DNA of 64,000 nucleotides from Octopus sinensis (GCF_006345805.1 NC_043019.1:24489360-24553359), one strand, 5' to 3'; shown: positions 1 through 13,236, counted from the first letter of the stretch. Program-made: numbers and translations. The notes: a model not told the origin generated them from the letters alone.

Positions 1-1681
1 AAATAGTTTTAATATATTGAAATTAAATAGAATAAAAACATGTTTTATACAACTTCATTTATTTTATGGCAATTCTTTATAAAAATAGAATTACGTATGC
101 ACACTATATTAGCATTTTTATGTTATATTGAAACCATTTTGAAAGTCATTCGTATTTAGATTGACAAATCTACAATTTAATAAGGACAAAAATATCTGAG
201 AGTAAAGGACACAAGCTGCAAATTTGTATAGGTATAGCATGCTGACACGGACAACACCAATTACATTTTAGCCTATTCAAAGGCAAAAGTAAAATTAGAT
301 TTCAGTCACTCTCAAGTCAAAAGCCACAACAAAACAAAGAAAAAATCATCAGAGCTACAACCATTTTTAGAATGTTCTCTTCTATTAAAGGACACTGTCA
401 CTGATAAAGTTTGTTGTGACAACCCTTAAAGAGGGTGAGGAAATTAAGTAGTAGTTCAGAATGTTCGACTTAGCTTTCAACTCATCATTAAAAATAAGTG
501 CGAGAAATACACTGAATCGAAACAATACCCAATATCGCCGGTTGTTAACTGATTTTTATGATTGTTGTTATTCTGTATCAAATCTATTAGTCATCACTAA
601 AATTAAGTCTTGAAGGAAATTTGCACTTAAGCAGGAAATGAACGTTGATATAAACTATTATATCATAAAATCAAAGTAAATTATAGTGAAGCATTATTTT
701 TAGCTATACCAAAATATGTATGCAGGCTCAAATACGTGATATTTTTTCTGGCAAACAAATCATGTTATATAAACCTAAGTACTTAACTCTTATTTTATTT
801 ATGACCTCATTGAACACTCTTGGTGAGATTCCTTTGAACGTAAAACATAAAGGGATGTCACCAAACACCATGAGCTTTTAATCAGCTGATTTACGAAAAT
901 CTTTCATCAATCATTCTGCGTATGATATTAATATGAATACGATTGTACAATGTTTGTAAATTATTATATCTCTTTTTCTTTGAACGTATATATATATATT
1001 TTCACAAAGGAGTGAAGTGGTTTAATTTTTAGGTATCAAAATGTTTTAAAAAGCTGTCTCTGAGGAAACATCCTAAACTGTCTTCTTCGTTTGTTTGAAA
1101 TGCCGAACATGGATTTACATAGTTTATGAGTAAAGTGGGCGCTAGCATACTTGATGTATTAATCAATGAAAAGTGAAAAACCATTATCTAAATAACTAAT
1201 TTTGGTGAACATAGAATTCAGTAGGAAGGAAGTCTGATCTTTAGCTGCGTTATGATAACGCCGGACATATATCTTCATTATTAGACCTCTTCAACAATGC
1301 AGTCTGATAGCGAGCGACTGTTAGGTCTCAGAACTTAGAGATAAAGAGGTTTCTTTTCCAAAAAAACGTCCGAAAAAGTTACCCAGGGACGTCTAATATA
1401 TGGAAACTAGATGATAAAGTAAGTATTAAAATACTCGTAAGCCAAGTAACTTTAATTGAAATTATACATTTATTGACGAGAACAGTCATTATCTAAATGG
1501 ATAATTCCTATCAATAAAGGTAAGGGAAATAACTCCGAAGTTTTAATTATAATTAATTGAGTATGAAATGCAGTGGTGAGTGAATATGATCTTTAGTAGA
1601 ATGGAGACAACTCTGAACAAATTTAACTTTGATAGCCAACATATAAATCTTAGAAAATAAATAGAACAGATATATACTTAC

Positions 1682-1732
1682 ATGGAGTCTGCGACATGCA
1701 GGAGCAGTGCCGTACTTATTTCGCTTAAGGTA
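1682..1732 (-). CDS. Candidate 51-nt internal exon of an unidentified host gene (YLKRNKYGTAPACRRLH or TLSEISTALLLHVADS frame)
   Basis: Minus strand: ~40-nt pyrimidine tract ending TTTCTATCTCTTTCCATAG, then a 51-nt segment of ~50% GC, then donor CAT|GTAAGTA. Length is divisible by 3 and two frames are open. Protein not recognised. Confidence 0.5.
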
Positions 1733-2030
1733 CTATGGAAAGAGATAGAAACGAAAGTGGAAAGCCGAAGAATAATAAAAGTAACAGAAACACGCACGCA
1801 CACACACGCGCACAAACACACAGTGTTCCACATACATACAGAATCATTCCAACTCACGTAAAGTATACTACTATATATATACACCCATGCATAAACATAC
1901 ATACGAACATGTGTATGTTTGTCTGTGTGTTGTTTACAAATGATTGTTAAACTGGATTATCACCTGCGTAATGATTTCGTGCTGTTTTGTGCTAGTCTAG
2001 TGTACCCGTCGGTGAGACTGTAATATTCTT

Positions 2031-2397
2031 TCCTTTTACTTGTTTCAGTCATTTAACTGCGGCCATGCTGAGGCACCTCCTTTAAGGGTTTTAGTCGGAA
2101 AAATCGATCACAGGGCTTATTTTTGAAGCCTAGTACTTATTCAATCGGTCTTTTTGCCGAACCGCTAGGTTATGGGGACGTAAACGCACCAACATTGGTT
2201 GTCAACAGATGGGGCGGGGGACAACCATAGACACGAAAACACACACATGAATATATATATTAAATTAGAGATAAAACCACTATTAGGCAAATCAAACAAT
2301 GAAAAACCCTGTAAGCTTGGATTTACTCCCTAATATTATTATTATATATATATATATACCTGCCTTCGTCTTTTGTTTATTTTCATAAAGCTTCCCG

Positions 2398-2461
<64 letters not shown>

Positions 2462-2590
2462 GACGGGCTACTTTCAGTTTCCGTCTACCACATTCAACCA
2501 CTAGACTATGGTCGGCCCGAGGCGATAATAGAAGACCTATGCCAAAGTGCCACACAGTGGGATTTAACCCGGAACCATGTGTTTAGAAAG
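2031..2590 (-). mobile_element. tRNA-headed bipartite SINE (family B) with internal microsatellites
   Basis: Tail (2031-2240) and head (2462-2590) match the corresponding parts at 8812-9112, 39255-39472 and 40849-42125; (TA)n lies between them. Confidence 0.8.
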
Positions 2591-2748
2591 ACTCACTGGT
2601 GGTTCATCTGACTAACGCCAAACACATGAAACCCTTAGGTATGAGGAGATAATCCAGTTTACCGACAGAAACACTAACAGTTTTAACAACGGTGCGTATC
2701 AAACACTTTGCTTTTGGTACGAACACTATACATTCATACATACATACA

Positions 2749-2809
<61 letters not shown>

Positions 2810-2814
2810 ATATA

Positions 2815-3036
2815 TTTCTTTACTACCCACAAGGGGCTAAACATAGAGGGGACAAACAAGGACAAACAAAGGGATTAAATCGATTACATCGACCCCAGTG
2901 GGAAACTGGTACTTAATTTATCGACCCCGAAAGGATGAAAGGTAAAGTCGACCTCGGCGGAATTTGAACTCAGACCGTAACGACAGACGAAATACTGCTA
3001 AGCATTTCGCCCGGCGCGCTAACGTTTCTGCCAGCT
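2815..3036 (-). mobile_element. tRNA-derived SINE (family A)
   Basis: Reverse complement has A-box-like TGGCAGAAACGTTAG and B-box GAGTTCAAATTCC, then CCTTTCATCCTTTCGGGGTCGATAAATTAAGTACC; near-identical copies at 18893, 30945 and 60595. Confidence 0.85.
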
Positions 3037-3085
3037 ATATATATATACCCACACATAGACACATAGACACATAGACACACACACA

Positions 3086-3125
<40 letters not shown>

Positions 3126-3698
3126 GTATAATAAAGACATATATATGTGTATATGTATGTACACGCAGACATACATATAGAGTTTTTTTTTTAAAATGCG
3201 CACAAAACATCTTCGTTTGACGCTTGAACTAAGAAATAAAATTAATTATATTCAATTGTCTATTAAATGTAAACTACGCTGAAAAGAAAACTGATTAACT
3301 GTTTGTTTAGTGGATATAGCAAATGAATGACTAACTGTAATAATGTGAAACATGAAAGAAATAAACTTTTAAGAAGGCCTATTGTGGGGAAATATGAGAC
3401 TCGATTCTCCAGAGCAGTGCTTCTAATAAAAACGGGAGCCATATTTTCAGCTCAAATCACGTTTCATAAAACATTGCGCCTGGTTATAATATAAAAATCA
3501 TTGCTGTTTTCCATTTTTCTTTATTTTTAAAAATACAATTTTACAATTAGAACCATTATGGAAATGTGTATAGCAATAGAAATGCTTCTTTAAAGAAATC
3601 AGAAGTGTAGGTAAAATGAGGCGGATTCAAGTAGAATTGAAAGCAACATAGTCGACTCTTAATATAATAGATTTTCTACTAAATAACACAATTATCTA

Positions 3699-3712
3699 TA
3701 ATAATAATAATA

Positions 3713-3765
<53 letters not shown>

Positions 3766-3786
3766 AATAATAATGATAATAATAAT
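3699..3786. repeat. (AAT)n/(GAT)n compound microsatellite
   Basis: Directly visible. Confidence 0.95.
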
Positions 3787-4465
3787 ATTTTTATGATTTT
3801 AAAATATTCAGTTGTTAACTATTTAATGGAAAGCAAAATATGCTAATGTTGCATTATCATTTCACTTAATGATATTAGTAATTGCTGATCCATTAACAAT
3901 ACTATAATAGAGTTCTTTTTAAAATGCTCCTTTCACTGACTTTTAAATTTTACTTCAGTTTTTAGAACCACTCTCGCTATATGAACGTGTGTGTATGCGT
4001 ATAGTTAGATGTGCGGACTACTACTGCATGAATTACAAACTCCTCATAAATTATCATTACTCAATCGACTTCAAGTAGAGTGGTTAGTTGACAACTGTAC
4101 TTAGCAGTAGTTATGATATACATAGCAAACGAAGTGGTAATTAAGAGAACACCAGCATAGATATTAGTTCCTACGTACGTTTCACCATTGCACTTATTTG
4201 TAACTCGGCATTGGATGTGGGAACTGCATTTGGATGCCTAACCGCAATGGATCATCAGGGAATAATTTATTTGAATATTTATACTATTAGCGCGCGTGTG
4301 TGTGTGAGTATAGTACACTTTACCATTAAGAACGACAGCAATTTTGAAGTTTTGTCAGCATCTTTGATGAAGGTTAGCAGTTCAAAACTTCGAAATCACT
4401 GTCACCAGAAAGTACTGAGTAATTCTTCATTCGAATGTTAATTCTATTATAATACGATATAAACG

Positions 4466-5294
4466 CAAGAGGCGGCATCAAAACATTCCCGAACCAGTTC
4501 TGTCGCGCGCCAGAGAATGGCAGTATATGGTTGCGAGCGCAGTGAGAGCAAGTGGTGACTTTCATGAGGCAGTATGCCTAGTGACATTGCTGTGTTTACT
4601 TCGCAAGTTGTGAAGTTTGTGTTTTTGTCATCATGTGTATACTGTAGACTGCGATTTTGTGATTGGCAGTAGGGAAATCAGCTACAGAGACATTGGGCAT
4701 GTTTCGACTAGCTTATGGCGACGAAGCATTGGGCCGTATGCAATGTTCTGAGTGGCATGGGCGCTTTAAAATCGGAAGAATGTCCCTGAAAGACAATGAG
4801 CAATCTGGAAGGCCTGCTACAAGCGTCACCCTCGGAAATGTGGTATTATGCATCGAGAATTTGTTTCCCGGGATCAGACCCTCAAACGAGAGTTCAACTG
4901 CGACGTTTTGAAATGTCTGAAAAAAGACATTCAGTGAAGGCGACCGGATCTGTGGTGTGTGAAGAACTGGGTTCTTCACTGAGCTCTCCTCATTCATGAG
5001 TTTCTTGCCAAAACAACGCGGTATCGCTTCCGCACTCAGCCTATTCGCCAGATTTAACACCTGCAGGCTTCCATCTTTTAACACTGTTATCGGGATTGAC
5101 AGCAAATCGCAGAAGGTCCTTGACCTTCTTACAGAAAACGACTTCCAGACCGGATTCCAAAAGTGGCAGGGACACCGGGAATAGTGTATTGCTGTGCAAG
5201 GTGATAATTTCGAAGAGAGGATGTTTAAACTTGGGTAAATAAGTCATTTCTCTATTAAACATAATTACTCCTGGAATTTTTGATACCACCTCGT
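4466..5294 (+). mobile_element. Internally deleted mariner element
   Basis: Imperfect TIRs (GAGGCGGCATCAAAACATTCC at left; reverse complement of right end GAGGTGGTATCAAAAATTCC). N-terminal HTH (GKSATETLGMFRLAYGDEALGRMQCSEWHGRFKIGRMSLKD..SGRP) is joined to a C-terminal piece with a YSPDL motif; the first two catalytic Asp regions are missing. Confidence 0.85.
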
Positions 5295-5301
5295 GTGTGT
5301 G

Positions 5302-5387
<86 letters not shown>

Positions 5388-5397
5388 ATTAAAGCGG

Positions 5398-5808
5398 TTT
5401 AGCAATGTATTACTAAAAAAAATACATGATTGTCATTAAATTTGACTTAGATTGTTAGAATACCTACAATGCTTGAAATAAAAAAGCTAAAGCGCTCTCA
5501 TGCTGACAATGACCGTAAACGGCCGAAAGCGGTAGTCGAGATATCCCTATATTGTCGGATAGTTTCGGTCTTAACACCAGAGCCTCTTGAAATAGAGTCG
5601 GTACTATCCGCCAGATTCCGGACAAGATTGCCGCCGCTATATCTGTCTACACCATAGAAATCTATAGATGATTTGGCGAATCGCTACTGTGTATACAAAT
5701 AATCAAAGCAGGCAGCAATTTAGCAATGTATCACAAAAAAGGAAAACTATAGTTGTCATTAAATATGACTGACACTGTTGGAACACCTACAATGCTAGAA
5801 ATAAGAGC
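5398..5808. repeat. ~320-bp unit flanked by ~90-bp imperfect direct repeats, containing an HHR-like motif
   Basis: 5398-5487 and 5719-5808 are similar (TTAGCAATGTA...TTGTCATTAAA.TGAC...ACCTACAATGCT.GAAATAA); the core between them is richer in GC. Confidence 0.6.
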
Positions 5809-7342
5809 AACGACTGTATGACTGTTTCAGGGAGAATTGAAAAGGCCACAAACATAGAATTAGTGGTTTTACTATTTTCCATTTTCTAACGAAACTTCAT
5901 TTCCACTAGTCCCGGTAATCCGAAGTTTCAATGCAAATCCTGTACATCAAATATTTCCTAATCACTCCAAATCTGTCTCCAGAAAAGAAAATTGCTTACA
6001 TAGTGTCCAGATTAAATATTTACGATAAATTATAAAAATCTTTTAAAATCTAAAATTTATAAAATGCAAATCACCAAATGAAAACACAATTAAATAATTA
6101 TCTTAACAGAAGGACTAGAATTTCAATAATTCACAAAACAAAAATAAGCAGAACCTTATTTTTTTTCTGTTTTCAATACAGAAATTTATAGCAATCTAAC
6201 TTTTCACATAAATTAATTTTCAATACACTGTGGATGTCAAAGCATTGCAACAGCTCCATGTAAGCTAAATAATATAAAACATGTGTGTATACCATTCAGA
6301 AGGGCTATATAATAAATCTTCATAAATCTACTTGAGGAAATGTTTTCAGGGCAAAAGACATCTTATTTCTGACAGCGCCCCATCGCTACTGCAAATAACA
6401 CCTCCTCCTCATAGGAAATGACACTTAATAGTTCATCTATCAATAGCTGCTTCTACTAAAGATTCTTGTCTTAGACACTGGTTAAGTATATTGAAATTAT
6501 TTTCATTTTATTAGAAAACAAGTGTCGGAACATCAAGTCATGTTGTAAGTGTAACAAGACAATAAGCACAAAGTTTGGCTACTACTTTGTTGGAGTGAGT
6601 TTTGGTTTTTCTTTCTGCGGATTAAAGCCTCGTGGAAATACATTGAATATATTTACGAGCATGTATCTAGTAAAATAGATATTTCAGTCGATGGAATGCG
6701 TTATAAAGACCAACACACACACACGCACACACGCACACACACATACACACACACGCACGCACAAGCACACACACATACATAAACACACACACGCAAACAT
6801 ATATACATATGTACACATGAGTTCTATCCACATGGCTACCCATGGTTTCATCTAGGTATCTCTCAACAATTATCATGCCTGCCATATAGGAACGTTGCTT
6901 CTCCTCTCCATCCATGATGTTAAAGTGATTGTGCCTCACAATTGCCTTAAAAATACGCGTGTATTTAGAATGCTCAGATGTTTATACATTTATTAATTAT
7001 TACTTATTTTTCAAAATTATTATCTATTTATCGAATTATATAAGGAAAAATTATATAAAGAGAAATCTCGCAAAAACATCCAAATTAATACATTCACAAA
7101 AATGCATACGTGTACGTTTCATTAGTTGAGTATGTCGTATAATTAATCGAACAACTGAATCTTTACCATCGAACCTGTTGGGGATTTATCGATATTTACG
7201 AGTGTGAGGATGCACATGTATGCGTGAATATGGTTACTCTATCTGTTAAAAAATTGCAATCACATATCAGTCTAAAACACGCTAAGTAATTTGGTTACAA
7301 TTGCATAAAACTTGGCACTGGTCACAGCTGCATCATTTTGTA

Positions 7343-7378
<36 letters not shown>

Positions 7379-7387
7379 CACACACAC

Positions 7388-7471
<84 letters not shown>

Positions 7472-7825
7472 TTATATATACACACACACACAAACAAATA
7501 CATTCAGTGATAGCAGGTCGAGCACCTATATAGAGGAACTCCGTTTGTCGGCTTGTCTTTACTAGAAATAGCAATTGTGAAGCGACAGTAGGTATATCAT
7601 ACTCACTATGTCCACATACCCACGACTAAACTGTTTCATTGATTTTCTATCTATGATACTCGCTTTGCTCGTTTTGTGTTTGTAGCTTAAAACTTCGTCG
7701 ACTTTTTCTGTGTAATTTTTGCAAGGCGGTATGAAACGAAGGTATGAAGTTAGTTAAGTTGGCACAAGCTTGTCTGGTTTGAACGCGTCATTTTCCCTTC
7801 GCCAAAGCTCATCAAAGCTACTCAC

Positions 7826-7879
7826 CTGTGCTAAAATTTAAAGCCAATAACCGCTTGCACAACACCCTAGGACTCTCGT
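7826..7879 (-). CDS. Candidate 54-nt symmetric exon (xDESPRVLCKRLLALNFST)
   Basis: Acceptor TTCTTGACTTTATAG, donor CAG|GTGAGT, one open frame (phase 1-1). Not recognised; phase is incompatible with direct joining to 1682-1732. Confidence 0.3.
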
Positions 7880-8309
7880 CTATAAAGTCAAGAAGTTCAC
7901 AAACAGGCAAGAGTAAAAACCTCTGACTTCGCAATGAAACGCGTGCTATTTCAGGATTTCCTTCTAGATATTCGGTGCAACGGAAATTTGGGAAATGGCA
8001 CTCCCACTGTCTTATTGAACGCCAAGGCATTACATTTGATATCTCTGTGTCTTCGTGTAGAATTGGACACAGAGATGTATACATACATATATAGAAGATA
8101 AAACAAAGATAAATGGGTTAGTGATCAGTATATACATCTATATAGGATGAAAATAATTCATCGATAAAAATCATTTCCTGTTAAACTGTTTGCAAAATAT
8201 GAGTATAAAAAATATAAACATTTTAGAAAATATATTAATAATTATCATCTTCCTGAGGATAAACAGTTACTAGAGATTAGTGGTAGATAGACGTCTTTCA
8301 GAGAGATAA

Positions 8310-8600
8310 TAGAGAAACGGGTTTGGATTTTGCGATCCGCACAAACTTAGTTCACAGGTTAAAAGAACTTCCCCGTGTTATTAGTGAACGCTTGATGATA
8401 CTGCAACTGCTCTTATCTCGAACTACAATGATGCAACTACAAAACTAATATTCATGGCTTCTGACGTAAGGTATTGCTAGCTATTCTTGACAGTGATAGA
8501 ATTATTTTCCTTGGAGACTTTAATACATAAGTCGGAAAAGACTGGGAGGCCTGAAACTGCATAGAAAGGTCAACAAGTTTTGAATGAGTTACTAAATAGA
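8310..8600 (+). mobile_element. Decayed RTE-clade LINE, apurinic-endonuclease (APE) region
   Basis: Translates to GFGFAIRTNLVHRLKELPRVISERLM and IFLGDFNT*VGKDW, typical RTE APE motifs; interrupted by stops and frameshifts. Confidence 0.75.
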
Positions 8601-8811
8601 GAATCCCAAGTAGGTCCTATCTATATTGAAAATACTCAACTAAAACTAACCTTTTTTTTCTGTAATGACTCACCAATCATAGAGGAAGTATAAATATGCA
8701 TTAAAAAACTCTATTGGGGAAAAGCGGCAGATGAAAATGAACTGTTGGTAGAGATTTATCAATTAGCAAAATTCATTTATGACCTAGTTTTGGGAATCTG
8801 GAGGACCTTTC

Positions 8812-9112
8812 TTTTATCTGTTTCAGCCCTTTGACTGCGGCCATGTTGTAGCACCGCCTTTAGTCGAAAAAATCGATCCCAGGACTTATTCTTTGTAAGC
8901 CTAGAACGTATTCTATCGATCTCTTTTGCCGAACCATGAACACACCAACACACATACATACACACACACATACGTTGAGCTTCTTTCAGTTTCCGTCTAC
9001 CAAATCTACTCACAAGGTTTTGGTCGGCCCGAGGTGCCACGCAGTGGGACTGAACCCGGAACCATGTGGTTGGTAAGCAAGCTACTTATCACACAGCCAC
9101 TCCTGCACCTAT
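8812..9112 (-). mobile_element. Bipartite SINE (family B)
   Basis: Tail, (CA)-rich spacer and tRNA-like head are homologous to the other family B copies. Confidence 0.85.
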
Positions 9113-9767
9113 AAATACAAAGTATTACGAGAAGTATCCAGAAATGATAGAGGAATGGTTCTGCATTGAGCGGTGAATAAGATATTGGCCTCAGTTATCC
9201 CGCCTTCTGAATTTGTTTTATTTCTTCAATTCCCATCTCCAGAAAAATATTTTTCCTTAAAGTTCGTTCCCTCTTTTCCTATCACCGAGTCAACCTAGTG
9301 CCTGTATTTCCGCGCGAAAAGAGCAACGGGCTTCCGGCAACCATGTATGAATAATCGTCCATATAATATTAGGCACGAAACTGATGGAATATCATTACTA
9401 GTAACATACTGTCTGAAGATATTTTTAAAAAATACACTCTCTCTATCATATGCGTGTGTGTGTGCGCGCACGTTCGTATATGTGTTTGTATGAATGTGTT
9501 CGTATACATGAGTAGACCCTCTCCGTCTCAATCTCCCCCCTTTCTCACACACACTTACATACACATGCATACAGTCACACCTGCGTCTTTGCGTCCACGT
9601 TATAATTTAGAGCAAGCAAGGCATCAGCTTGTGAACATATGTCGATAATAATGAAGGATGTAGAACGAAAAATAAGTTTTAATTCGTATCTGATAGATTA
9701 CTGTGGGCGTAATCTAACGTCGGCATCGGTTCGTATCCCACTTCTGAAAAGCACTTTTTTTTTCTAT

Positions 9768-10025
9768 GAGAATGCATGGTTTAGTGGTTAGGGTGTTGCA
9801 CTCACGATAACGAGATCGTGGTTTCAATTTCTAAACTGGGTGGTGCTTTGTATTCTTGAGTAAACTACTTTGCCTCACATTGCTCTGCGATCACTTCGAC
9901 ACCTGACGCGTGGTAGACCGTCCACCAGTTCAGGCAACGTCGATCTGATAGAGGGAGTGAGCTAATGAACGGTACAAATCATTTGCGCAGGTCGTTTGGC
10001 AAAAGCTAAACGTCCATACGTTGTC
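9768..10025 (+). mobile_element. Older tRNA-derived SINE
   Basis: Head TGGTTTAGTGGTTAGGGTGTTGCACTCACGAT...GGTTTCAATTTC has A/B boxes and resembles the head of 12307-12693. Confidence 0.65.
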
Positions 10026-10784
10026 TTTGCTGAGGAGCCCATCACCGTGCGAAGATAAACAAAAATCTCGTATTTTTTCATGTCACTTGTCTGTAGAGAT
10101 TTTATGAGAGTTACAAATATATAGTGTAGTAACAAATTTGTCTTGGTTTATTTTTATATAATCCCATTCCAGGGAGACTATAACCCCTGTTTCTCCATTA
10201 GGTAACGGAAAGGAATGTATGATCATTATACAGAATAATGTAACAAATTATGTAATTCCATCTATGCACATTCTAATACACAGATGTTTGTTAACATAGA
10301 ATTACAATATATGCATTTAATTAATTTTCAAGGAAAGCATGATTATTAAACTCAATTTTATTGCAAGGAAAAAGTATCTTAATCTGAATAATCTGATTAT
10401 GTATGTATGAAGTAACAATATAATCAGGTGGGGTAAAGAATCAAACATAATATATAACGTGGAAAGAATCGATTTCATGAGAGAGAAACGTTTTCGGTGA
10501 AACTTATTGTGATCAGACATTTTTAACACGTACAATAAATATGTCATTTTTTAAAATTAAATTTATTCAACTATTTAGATATTTTACACACTATTTCATT
10601 TGCATTTGATTTATTACCATGACAACATAAAGAAAGTTCATGTACCTGATTATTTCAAAGAATTCTTTCAGTTATAAACGGATTGTATCCATGAAAAAAG
10701 AAATTAAATCTGTTTTGAAATGTTCTCTGTATAACTATAAATGTGCAATTACTTTGCTATAACCACTCATACCTAACGACTCTT

Positions 10785-11130
10785 ATATAACTACTCTGGC
10801 GTGACTACACTGGTGGAAATATTCTGATGTAGCTTTTCTGGTGTAAGTATTTTGGTGTAGCTACTTTGGTGTAACTATTCTGGTGTAACTACTCTGGTGT
10901 AACTAATTTGGCGTAACCATTCTGGTGTAACTACGCTTCTGTAACTATTTAGGTCTAACTATTCACGTGTAACTCTTCTGTTGTAACTGTTCTGGTCTAG
11001 CTACTCTGGTGTTGCTAATCTGGTATAACTACACTGGTGTAACTAATTTGGTCTTACTTACTACCTTGATGTTGCTACTTTGGTGTAACTGCTTGTGTGT
11101 AACTACTCTGCTGCTGTGGCTAAATGATGT
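10785..11130. repeat. Degenerate 14-bp minisatellite (TAACTACTCTGGTG)
   Basis: About 20 or more imperfect units visible, e.g. TAACTATTCTGGTG TAACTACTCTGGTG TAACTAATTTGGCG. Confidence 0.85.
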
Positions 11131-12306
11131 TACAACTTCTGTATCCCGGGAAGAAATTCCTCTTTACTTATTGTTGTTGGTATTGCTCTCCCAACTTCCT
11201 CGTCTCTTATTTCATTGATCAAGATAAATGAGTTCACTGACAGGCAACGTTTATAAAGTGTTTTACTGGCTCTTGGTATTTGCATTATATACATTTATTT
11301 TACTATGAATGGCTTTCCCACATACTTCCGATAACTGAATGATTAGGAAATTGGATTATTTGATCAAAAGTTCAACCTATTTCTAGGGTGAATATTCTAT
11401 AGCTGGGACTATTCAGTCTGTTGTCCAATATTTACCATTTGCTTCTCTCCTAGTTTCCACTAAAACCCTTGTTCTGGTTTTGATCACAGACTGCACTCTT
11501 CCTCTACAATCAAATGCACATCCTCGCTAACAAAAGTTTTGCACCAAGAATTAGCAACCTAAATTCTAATCAATCATAATTTTCAAGTATTATTTAAGTT
11601 TTTGTTTTCCACGTACGTTACTGATACTTGTAAGAAAGATATGAATGGCATAGCTTCTTACCTACCTTTCAATACACCTGTCTAGCCTTGCATAATGTAT
11701 GGAGTCACAATACATGTTTTTAAAATTACTTACTACTAATGTTTAGAACAACATTTTAGTTTTAATTGAAACTATTTCTTTACGCAATTTTTCATCTATT
11801 TCGTTTTCCCTTCTGTGCACTGCTACAAAATAGCAGAACCCCAAAACATTGTGCTATTATCACACTTAATCCTCTATTCCGTTCAACTTTATATCATTTT
11901 GTACTGAGATTGTTCAAAAGAAATCACCTCACATGTCTGGCTACCTAAATTCTAACTCAATACACTGTAATGAATAATTATGTTTGTTACAAAATCTTAC
12001 CAGAGGTATTCTTTATGTCTGATTTACGTCGCAAGGAAATAAGTTACACACTTTTACTTTGCCTTATATTGTAACGTACCATTAAGAATACATTTTGGTT
12101 TGACGTGAGAAACATTATAATATTAATTTTAAATCTGTAAGAGAACGAATGTTAAATATATTACACAGTAACTGACCACATATTCCATTTTAAATTAATT
12201 ATTACGGGAAATTAAGTTAAATAAAAAGAAAACAATAAAAAAAACATCATTTATCGATTGGTGAATGTTCACCCGATGCTTCCCAGTATTGTAATCGATA
12301 TTTCTG

Positions 12307-12693
12307 GATGGAAGCACTCCGTCGGTTACGACGACGAGGATTCCGGTTGATCCGAATCAACGGAACAGCCTGCTCGTGAAATTAACGTGTAAGTGGCTGA
12401 GCACTCCACAGACACGTGCACCCTTAACGTAGTTCTCGGGGATATTCAGCGTGACACAGAGACTGACAAGGCCGGCCCTTTGAAATACAGGTACAACAGA
12501 AACAGGAAGTAAGAGTGAGAGAAAGTTGTGGTGAAAGAGTACAGCAGGGATCACCACCATCCCCTGCCGGAGCCTCGTGGAGCTTTAGGTGTTTTCGCTC
12601 AATAAACACTCACAACGCCCGGTCTGGGAATCGAAACCGCGATCCTATGACCGCGAGTCCGCTGCCCTAACCACTGGGCCATTGCGCCTCCAC
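12307..12693 (-). mobile_element. Full-length young tRNA-derived SINE with 11-bp TSD
   Basis: Head GTGGAGGCGCAATGGCCCAGTGGTTAGGGCAGCGG...GGTTTCGATTCC; TSD CGATATTTCTG at 12296-12306 and 12694-12704. Confidence 0.92.
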
Positions 12694-12989
12694 CGATATT
12701 TCTGACGCTTTCATTAACTAAAGAGTATGAACATATTTAGAAATAATAACCAGAAAACTTCATGAGAATAAAATAATCGAATATTATCTGCAGAAATAGA
12801 AACCTAAACCCACGTCCCCTTAATTAAACAGCCACAATTATTCAAATATAATGTGTAACAAATTGGATAACATAAATAATTGCTTCTGATATGAAATAAA
12901 GTTATATGAAATATCCTAAACGGCCAGCTAGTATGACTTGGTGACCTGTACCACATTTTCGCTAATTGTTTTAGCATAAAGGAAAGAGA

Positions 12990-13120
12990 GAGCTATACGG
13001 TCACTCTACAGGTACTCATTTTCAGCTGAGTATACTGAGAGGAACATAAAATGAAGTGCCTTGCTCAAGGAAACACCATGCGACATTATGATTGTGAGAC
13101 GAAAAACCCTAACCACTAGG
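12990..13120 (-). mobile_element. Old SINE fragment (CORE-like)
   Basis: CAGGTACTCATTTTCAGCTGAGT...AAGTGCCTTGCTCAAGGA motif followed by a degenerate tRNA-like end (AACCACTAGG). Confidence 0.5.
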
Positions 13121-13199
13121 TAATATGCGTTCGTAAATATCATATATAATTCAGTTTATACTATGAATGAATGTGTGTGTGTGTCTGTGTATGTGTGTG

Positions 13200-13234
<35 letters not shown>

Positions 13235-13236
13235 GT

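Noticed and set aside
12600-12693. tRNA-like sequences here and at other SINE heads
   Set aside because: They are SINE heads continuing into repeat bodies with TSDs and lack complete cloverleafs; not tRNA genes.
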